A DNA stretch of 64,000 nucleotides from Chthoniobacteraceae bacterium. Lineage in GTDB: Bacteria; Verrucomicrobiota; Verrucomicrobiia; Chthoniobacterales; Chthoniobacteraceae. The notes below the pieces were generated by a model. It did no database searches. It was not told the DNA's origin and was given only the letters and a program-made list of their open reading frames with translations. Shown piece after piece: positions 58,301 through 64,000 of this stretch (the first letter of the stretch is position 1; every line of letters begins with the position of its first letter). The translations under genes and the position numbers were made by a program. The stretch is from assembly GCA_040081625.1 (NCBI GenBank), contig JBEBGD010000017.1:8784-72783 (forward strand). Direction: 5' to 3'.

Positions 58301-61300
58301 ATGAAGTCATCGAACCCATCGCCATTCACGTCGCCCGCGTCGCTCACGGCGTGCCCCGCGCGATCTCCCCCCGCGACGCCGCTCACCTTGAACCCATCGC
58401 CGCTCGCGAGCGCGCCGAGATCGAAGGCAGCGGGAAAAGCCGTGCGCGGCCCCGCGGCGGGCGTGGCGGTGAAAGTGGGCGCCGGTGCCGCGGTGGTGCG
58501 CGAGACTTCCCGCACCACGAAGTCCGGCGTCGCTCCGACGGGGATCGCCGCGAGGTCGTTCGCCGGGTCGGCGGTCGTGCTCTTCGTCAGCGGCAGCTTC
58601 TTCCCGCCGATGCTCACGCTGCCGATCGTCTCGGCGACGACGGCAAAGCGGTCGCCGTCCTCGAACGTCCCGCGCGCCGCGCCCTTGATCGTGACGCTCT
58701 TGATGCTGGCCACTCCAGTCGCCGGGCCGGCGGCGATGAAGGCATCGTCGCCATTGCCGAAGATGCCGTTCGCATTCGTCGCACCCGTGTGGGTGAGCAG
58801 CCCGGCGGCGGCACTCGACGCGATCCAGTCGCCGCCGACCGTGATCGCGCCGATCTGCGCGCGACCGTTGAAGCCGCCGCCCTGGTCGCCCGCGTAGCCG
58901 CCGAGAATCTGCCCGCGCTCGAAGTCGCCGCCGATCTTCACACTCGCGATGGCCAGCGACTTCGCGCCGGTGAGCGGCCCGACGCCAGCGATGACGTAAG
59001 GCTGCTCCGCTGTCCCGACGACATCGCCGCCGATGCTGACCGGCCCGAGCGCGCCCTCGGCGAAAATACCGCCCGAAGTCGAGGCGCTGCCCGCGCGCGC
59101 ATCGCCGCCGATCGACACGCCCGCGATGGCCACCGCAACGGTAAGATCCCCCGCCACGATCGAGCCGCTATTGACGCCCGCGCCGCCGAACTGGCTGCCC
59201 TTGATGCCGACCCGGCCGAGGCTCTGCAGGGCCAGGATCGAGCCGCTGGAAAAGCCCGCAGCGCCGACCAGATCGCCGCCGATGCTCACGGGGCCGAGGG
59301 GGCCGAGGATCTGCACCGCGCCGCTGTTCGTCGCGCCCGCGCCGAGGATCGAGCCGCCGACGGTGAGCGAGGTCAGGCGATCCGCTCCCAGGAAGCCGCT
59401 GGAAAAGCCCGCGCCGCCGACGAGGTCGCCGCCGATCTTCACCGGGCCGAGCGTCTCAGCGATGATCTGCCCGCTGCCGCTGCGCTTCCCGCCGATCATC
59501 GAGCCGCCGATGGTGATGCTGGCGATCGTCCCCGTGCCCGCGGTGGCGGCCTGCACGCCGAAGAGGCGGCCTTCGCGGAAATCGCCCGCGATTTTCACCG
59601 GCCCGGCAGGACCGGCGACGAGGAAACGCACTTCGCCCCCGGTGTCCTGGAGGCGCGCGCCGAAGAGGCCCACGCTGTCGAGCGTGAGGCTCTTGAGCGC
59701 CATCTCGTCGGTCGCGTCGCCGACGAACATCCGCGCGAGGTCGCCGCCGATTTTCACCGCGCCGAGGTCGGTGTTCGAGCCGCGGAGAAAGCCGAGGTTC
59801 ACCTTCCCGTCGCCGCCGCCCGCGCGCTTCGCGGTGAGCGTGATGTCGGTGCCCTCGAACTCGGACATGCCGCCGGGCGTCGTTCCGACATCCAGCTTCA
59901 GCAGCCGCGCGCGCGAGTCGGTGGCGCTGTTGGCGAGCAGCGAGAAGTTGGCCGCGTCGAGCGTGCCCTTGGTCACCTTCAGCGTCACCAGATCGCCGTC
60001 CACGTCGGTCCACGTCGCGGTCTTCCCGCCCGCCGCGATCGTCGGAGCGACGAACGTCCCGCTCGGCCCGCCGAGGACGAGATACGAGGCGCCGCCGCCG
60101 CTGTTCGGATTGATGCCGGCCACGAGCACGTCGGCGAAGCCGTCGCCATTCACGTCGCCCGCGCCGCTCACTCGCCGACCGATGCTATCGAAGTTTCCCT
60201 CGCCCACGATGGTGAATCCATCGGTGCCATCGAGCGTGGCGAGATTCGGCGGCGTGAGGAAATTTCCCGCCTTGCCAAAGACCACGTAGGCCGTGCCGGG
60301 ATCGTTCGCCCCGCCTCCATTGAGGGTGCCCACGAGCAGGTCGTCGAAGCCGTCGCCATTCACATCGCCCGCTGCGCTCACGGCACTGCCGGTATTGTCC
60401 CCGGCTTCGACTCCCGCGAGCGCGAGGCCGATATCGAGACCAAACCGCGGCGCGAAGCTCCCGCTGCTGCCGAAGAGCACATACGCCACGCCCGCGCCGC
60501 TCTCCGGGCCTCCCGCACCATCCCGCGTCGCGCCGACGAGCACGTCCGCCAGGCCATCGCCATTCATATCCCCCGCCGCGCTCACGGAAATGCCCGCGTT
60601 GTCGTTGTCCATCGAGCCCTCGGCGCGGAAGCCCGTGGCGCCGCCCAGCCCGTTCAGATCGATCGTCGCCGGCAGCGCGCTCCCGCCGAAGACCACATAC
60701 GCCGCGCCGCGATCGTCGTTGCCGACTTGATCGGCGAAGGGCGCCCCCACGACCACATCCGCGAAGCCGTCGCCATTCACATCCCCCGCGCCCCTCACGG
60801 CACGGCCCGCCTGGTCGCCGCTGCCGACACCGGCCAGCTTCACGCCCGCGCCGGCGGCCAGCGTCGTGACGCCGATCGTGGCCGCGAAGCCGTCGCGCTT
60901 TCCGAACACCACGTAGGCCGCGCCTTTGCCGTCGGCGTTCACGTCCCCGAGGATCACGTCGTCAAAGCCATCGCCGTTGACATCCCCAGCGCCGCTCACC
61001 GAGGAGGTGGCGCCGATCAGCACGAAGCCATTGCTGCCATCCAACGCGAAGACGGAGAACTGCGGCGCGAAACCGCTCGCCTTGCCGAAGATCACCGCCG
61101 CGGCGCTGCTCGTGTTCACGAGGATATCGTCGAAGCCGTCGCCATTCACGTCACCCGCCGCACGCGCGCCGTCGAAGCCCGAGCCACCGGTGATTTGGAA
61201 GCCGTCGATTCCGGTGAGATCGCCGAGGTCCACGTCCCGCGGAAATCCCGACGCGCGGCCGAAGATCACATAGGTGACGCCGGTATTGAACGCGCCGATG

Positions 61301-61506
61301 AGGAAATCGCCGAAGCCATCGCCATTCACATCCCCCGCCGCGCCCACCGCCGCGCCCGAGGCATCACCAGAGGATGCGCCATTGAAGGTCGAGCCGTTGG
61401 CGCCGGAGAGATCGGCGAGATTGAAAGTGCCGGAGACAAACGCCGGCGCGATGCGGGTTTCGAGCGGTTCGATGCGGGCGCGCCCGGCGAGTGGTGTGGT
61501 TCTCAT
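55351..61506 (-). CDS. Giant FG-GAP (integrin-alpha-type) repeat surface protein with two tandem modules
   Basis: 'IEPLETRIAPA' leader; many 'AGDVNGDGFDD' repeats in two blocks, each followed by 'GKTATWTDVDGD' and Gly-rich 'IGGD' beta-helix repeats. Confidence 0.92.
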   Translation of the reverse strand: MRTTPLAGRARIEPLETRIAPAFVSGTFNLADLSGANGSTFNGASSGDASGAAVGAAGDVNGDGFGDFLIGAFNTGVTYVIFGRASGFPRDVDLGDLTGIDGFQITGGSGFDGARAAGDVNGDGFDDILVNTSSAAAVIFGKASGFAPQFSVFALDGSNGFVLIGATSSVSGAGDVNGDGFDDVILGDVNADGKGAAYVVFGKRDGFAATIGVTTLAAGAGVKLAGVGSGDQAGRAVRGAGDVNGDGFADVVVGAPFADQVGNDDRGAAYVVFGGSALPATIDLNGLGGATGFRAEGSMDNDNAGISVSAAGDMNGDGLADVLVGATRDGAGGPESGAGVAYVLFGSSGSFAPRFGLDIGLALAGVEAGDNTGSAVSAAGDVNGDGFDDLLVGTLNGGGANDPGTAYVVFGKAGNFLTPPNLATLDGTDGFTIVGEGNFDSIGRRVSGAGDVNGDGFADVLVAGINPNSGGGASYLVLGGPSGTFVAPTIAAGGKTATWTDVDGDLVTLKVTKGTLDAANFSLLANSATDSRARLLKLDVGTTPGGMSEFEGTDITLTAKRAGGGDGKVNLGFLRGSNTDLGAVKIGGDLARMFVGDATDEMALKSLTLDSVGLFGARLQDTGGEVRFLVAGPAGPVKIAGDFREGRLFGVQAATAGTGTIASITIGGSMIGGKRSGSGQIIAETLGPVKIGGDLVGGAGFSSGFLGADRLTSLTVGGSILGAGATNSGAVQILGPLGPVSIGGDLVGAAGFSSGSILALQSLGRVGIKGSQFGGAGVNSGSIVAGDLTVAVAIAGVSIGGDARAGSASTSGGIFAEGALGPVSIGGDVVGTAEQPYVIAGVGPLTGAKSLAIASVKIGGDFERGQILGGYAGDQGGGFNGRAQIGAITVGGDWIASSAAAGLLTHTGATNANGIFGNGDDAFIAAGPATGVASIKSVTIKGAARGTFEDGDRFAVVAETIGSVSIGGKKLPLTKSTTADPANDLAAIPVGATPDFVVREVSRTTAAPAPTFTATPAAGPRTAFPAAFDLGALASGDGFKVSGVAGGDRAGHAVSDAGDVNGDGFDDFIVGAYNSDEGGDDRGASYVVFGQAGGLSSFTLTALTGFNGFKLQGSTDNDYAGSSVSAAGDVNGDGFDDVIVGALEADRPGGLSAGAAYVVFGRSSFASGSIALAALDGTDGLKLLGGAQNDRAGFSVSGAGDVNGDGFDDVIVGAIGVERTGLDSRGAAYVIFGRQSFASAATPGFTIGLETLDGTDGFRLLGEVVGDTAGKSVSAAGDVNGDGFDDMLVGADSASTGDAAAYVVFGRPSFTATPAAGFSIGLGTLQGTAGVKFTSANPSTFATYAVGAAGDVNGDGFDDMIFGGESGDPGNVTNAGAAYVVFGKTSFTPAPVADFSIPLGGLNGADGFQIPGLVSQGFAGFSVDGAGDVNGDGFADLVVGVPYAPTLSGSAYVVFGRAGGFGATLSPATLDGANGFTIHGEAASNFAGFAVSAAGDVNGDGFADVLVGAPGSYSTGGLGAAYVIYGGPSGEFIDPTISTDGKTATWTDVDGDAVTLKVTKGTLAEGNFQLLANSTTDPSARLLSLIVGSVAGTLSEFDGANVSLTAKRAGGGDGKVNVGFLNASNTDLGAVTISGDLGKIVAGDGDADPAVKSLTLGSLGVFGGRTQDTGGNLRSDIFGPAGAVKVAGDVREALLLFLNSASPGTAASVTVGGSVIGGKRVFSGLIAAQDGLGPVKIGGDLVGGAGALSGYVEAPAIASLTVGGSMLGGAGTFSGGALGGAFAFPGSLATSGSLGAVTIGGDQRGGDGIFSGALFAGTGIGKVAIKRDQIGGAGSASALLFTANPGANIASVSIGGDARGGDAVFSGGILAGGTLGPVSIAGDVIGTAEQAYLIRGAGPLTGLASLAITSLKVGGDFERALVLAGFAAENVPVNGHAQIGAISVGGDWIASSVTAGLIPRAGALDATGFFGNGDDKFIAGGPTNVIAIIASITIKGQVRGTLETGDRFGIVAQQINSVTIGGVKVALTPGLDSAGFAIGQTPDFFVREVAR

Positions 61507-61564
61507 AAGCCGGGCGCGCCTATCGCCCACGCCACGCGATTCGCAAAGGGCGAACTCGCCGCCC

Positions 61565-61679
61565 GTGGCTCACGTTGTCCTCAACGTGACTGCCGAAGAC
61601 AGGTCGAGGCGGACACACACTCAGCCAGCGCGCTCCGCGCGGGCAGCGTTCAATTCACGTTGAGGACAACGTGCGCCAC
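61565..61679. repeat. REP doublet (REPIN-like element)
   Basis: Inverted 25-bp arms GTGG[CT/CG]CACGTTGTCCTCAACGTGA (24/25 identical), each with an internal palindrome and a GTGG tetranucleotide end. Confidence 0.8.
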
Positions 61680-62444
61680 CTACTCCCCGCCGCCGATCGC
61701 GCGCAGAAAGCGGCTGTATTCCTTCGGCTCCAAGCGCAACACGTCGGCCGCCTCCGCGCTCGACGGCTCCCACGTCCCATCCGGCAGCTCCGCGGCAAAC
61801 TTCACGTCGTCGAAACGCAGCACGATGTGCCAGCCCTTCTTCGCGAGCGTCAGCCGCGCGGGCGTGTGGTCGGGGCGAATCCAGAGCCGCCCGGTCCAGC
61901 CCGCGGCCTTGATCGACTCGGCCAGCTCCGGCATCAGCGACACATCCATCACGCGGCACTCCACGCCGTCGAGCATCTCGCTGCCGAGATCCTTGATCGT
62001 GAAAAGCGCCGCGAGAAACACGAGCTGCTTCTCGGGGAAGGGCAGCTCGAATTCGCTGAGCTTGAATTTCTTCTCCGCCGGCGGCAGCTCCTTGCCCGCG
62101 ACCGCCGCATCGAGCAGCGCGCGCGCTTTCGCGCCGGGCGCGATCCAGATTTTCTCGTCTTCGCGCACGAGCGTAAAGGTCCCGCCGAGCAGCGGCCCAT
62201 GCAGGCGCAGCTTGTCGGGCATCTGCACGGCGATCTCCGCGCTCGCGCCGTTCAGCTCCGCGGGCAGGTCGCTGGATTGCTCAATCCGCACCTTCAGCGT
62301 GAACGCACGGTTGCCCGACTTCCCGTCCTTCGCGATGACGCCGAGGAAAGGCATGATCGTCTTCGAGAACGCGTCGTAGCGATTCTCCTGCGCGCGGATT
62401 TGCGGGGCGGTGAAGACGAGGAGGAGAAAGATGAAATGGCGCAC
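61680..62444 (-). CDS. Secreted LolA-fold-like hypothetical protein
   Basis: Signal peptide from GTG 62444; 'PDKLRL', 'GSEMLDGVECRV', 'GRLWI'. Confidence 0.65.
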   Translation of the reverse strand: MRHFIFLLLVFTAPQIRAQENRYDAFSKTIMPFLGVIAKDGKSGNRAFTLKVRIEQSSDLPAELNGASAEIAVQMPDKLRLHGPLLGGTFTLVREDEKIWIAPGAKARALLDAAVAGKELPPAEKKFKLSEFELPFPEKQLVFLAALFTIKDLGSEMLDGVECRVMDVSLMPELAESIKAAGWTGRLWIRPDHTPARLTLAKKGWHIVLRFDDVKFAAELPDGTWEPSSAEAADVLRLEPKEYSRFLRAIGGGE

Positions 62445-62499
62445 GTGAGGATTGGTCTTGGCAAAAGTCGGCAACGCGCACTACAGCAAGCCCGCTCCG

Positions 62500-63273
62500 A
62501 TGGCGCCAACGCTTTTCGCGAACCTCATTCTTGCCAACACGTCCAGCGCCGGCGGCCTGATCTTCGCGCTCGAAAACTCGACGCTGCCCGGCCGCCTCGT
62601 GCTCGTCGCGCTCTTCGCCGGCTCGGTCATTGCGTGGACCGTCATGGTCACGAAGTTCCGCGTTGTCCGCCGCGCCGACCGCGTCCGCGAGCGCTTCCTC
62701 GCGCTCTTCCGCGCCGACCGCCAGCCGCTGCACCTCTTCTGGGAACGCGCGCGCTTCGAGGGTGCGCCCGTCTTCTCCGTCTATAAAGCCGGCTGCCGCG
62801 AGCTCTGCTTCCAGTTGCTCGGCAGCGCCGAGGTCGATGAAACCTTCCGCGCCCGGCTCGAGACGGCGCCGAAAATCTCCGCCTCGCAGATGCGCATGGT
62901 CCAGACCGCGCTCGAGCGCGCCGTCGGCGAGAGCGCGCTGCGCCTCGAGTCGCAGATGATCTTCCTCGCCAGCGCCGTGAGCGGCGCGCCCTTTCTCGGC
63001 CTGCTCGGCACCGTGTGGGGCGTCATGGATACCTTCTCCGATGTCGCCCGCGCCGGCTCCGCGAACCTCGCCGCGATGGCGCCCGGCGTGAGCGCCGCGC
63101 TCATCACCACCGTCACCGGCCTGCTCGTCGCGATCCCCGCGATGTTCGGCTACAACTTCCTGCTCACCACCATCCGCGCGATGGTCGTCGAGCTCGACAA
63201 CTTCGCCGCCGAGCTCGTGAGCGCCTTCGAGCACCGCTACGTCGATCACGGCGGGGAAAGGAAACGCCTGTGA
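62500..63273 (+). CDS. MotA/TolQ/ExbB proton channel protein
   Basis: 'APFLGLLGTVWGVM', 'ALITTVTGLLVAIPA'. Confidence 0.94.
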   Translation: MAPTLFANLILANTSSAGGLIFALENSTLPGRLVLVALFAGSVIAWTVMVTKFRVVRRADRVRERFLALFRADRQPLHLFWERARFEGAPVFSVYKAGCRELCFQLLGSAEVDETFRARLETAPKISASQMRMVQTALERAVGESALRLESQMIFLASAVSGAPFLGLLGTVWGVMDTFSDVARAGSANLAAMAPGVSAALITTVTGLLVAIPAMFGYNFLLTTIRAMVVELDNFAAELVSAFEHRYVDHGGERKRL

Positions 63274-63350
63274 TCGGCGATCCGTATTCCGTGATCGGAA
63301 AAGTCGCGCAGCCGTGCGGTTACCGATCACCGATCACCGATCACTGATCA
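63271..63350. repeat. Inverted heptamer tandem repeats (TGATCGG / CCGATCA)
   Basis: Four degenerate units at 63271-63298 and four units at 63323-63350 in opposite orientation. Confidence 0.75.
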
Positions 63351-63359
63351 CGATTCCGA

Positions 63360-63776
63360 ATGCGCCGCTACACCAGCCGCCAGTCCTTCCAGACGCTCAG
63401 CGAGCTCAATGTCACGCCGCTGCTAGACCTCGCGTTCGTGCTGCTGATCATCTTCATGATCACCACGCCGCTCATGGAAAACAGCGTCGATCTCGTGCTG
63501 CCCACCAGTGACGCGGCGAAGAACCAGGTCGATCAATCCGAGGTGCAAAACATCGCGATCGACCAGAACGAAAGCCTCGAGCTCAACGGCCAGCCGACTT
63601 CACTCGACCAACTCGACGCACAGCTCGCCGCCCTCAAGGAAGCGAACCCGGACGTCGCCGTCGTCGTCCGCGCGCATCGCGACCTCGCCGTGCAAAAGCT
63701 CATGAACGTGATGGACGCCGTGCAGCGCGCGCAGATCAAGCGCGTCGGCGTCGTGACGAATCCCGAGCGCCCGTAG
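63360..63776 (+). CDS. ExbD/TolR family protein
   Basis: 'ELNVTPLLDLAFVLLIIFMITTP'. Confidence 0.94.
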   Translation: MRRYTSRQSFQTLSELNVTPLLDLAFVLLIIFMITTPLMENSVDLVLPTSDAAKNQVDQSEVQNIAIDQNESLELNGQPTSLDQLDAQLAALKEANPDVAVVVRAHRDLAVQKLMNVMDAVQRAQIKRVGVVTNPERP

Positions 63777-63778
63777 CC

Positions 63779-64000
63779 ATGCCGCGCCTGAGCCAAGCCG
63801 AACAGGAGACGCGCCTGCCCGGTGCCGAGCCGGCCTTCGCGAGCGAGCAGCGCGAATTCCGCCGCACCGCGCTCGTCGTCGGCGGCGTCCACCTGCTCGT
63901 GCTGATCATCTTCGGAGTCGTCGCGAAATTTCAGCCCAAGCCGCAAATCGAGCAGATCACCTGGCTCGATGGCGGTGCCGCCGGCGGCGAACCCGAGACC
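63779..64000 (+). CDS. TonB/TolA-like protein, N-terminal part (runs off the window)
   Basis: ATG 63779; TM 'ALVVGGVHLLVLIIF' with a His; follows exbB/exbD-type genes. Confidence 0.65.
   Translation, partial: MPRLSQAEQETRLPGAEPAFASEQREFRRTALVVGGVHLLVLIIFGVVAKFQPKPQIEQITWLDGGAAGGEPET

Noticed and set aside
56990..61340. Recurring GTCGCCATTCAC[AG]TC repeats resembling a CRISPR array
   Set aside because: They encode the FG-GAP 'DVNGDG' motif in frame; spacing is about 170-200 bp and no cas genes are present.
58351..62379. 1,342-aa plus-strand ORF and similar long ORFs (3392..5812, 9743..12424, 53187..55427)
   Set aside because: Antisense shadows of well-supported genes.

Overview
High-GC window, most likely from a Verrucomicrobiota (Chthoniobacterales-like) genome. 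That assignment is inferred from gene content: DUF1501 and PSCyt/DUF1549/DUF1553 modules, Rhodopirellula/Verrucomicrobium-type ECF sigma-FecR pairs, a PEP-CTERM protein and 'IEPLExRIAPA' leader proteins. Layout: 0-17 kb holds sulfatase/DUF1501/DUF1553 modules and two tandem ECF-FecR/LamG pairs. 17-26 kb is mreBCD-mrdA-rng-phoBR. 26-39 kb is metabolic genes plus a deletion-scarred AraC/prepilin/Kelch locus behind a Fur-like palindrome. 39,970-43,045 is a complete IS1595-family transposon with ~36-bp terminal inverted repeats and an 8-bp target duplication (ACCTGACC). 43-52 kb holds an ECF/anti-sigma pair, a sulfatase, a DUF1553/DUF1501 pair and pirin/LysR. 52-61.5 kb is two giant surface proteins, followed by an ExbB/ExbD/TonB-TolA-type operon. 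The best candidate for an undescribed system is the transposon cargo: a HARE-type winged-HTH gene, then a structured RNA cassette, converging on two unknown genes that follow the transposase. The cassette consists of a hairpin, a three-way junction with two UCCAA loops, and a tRNA-like gene with a UGG (Pro) anticodon on a non-Pro acceptor stem. All protein assignments come from motif recognition by eye; no database searches were run.
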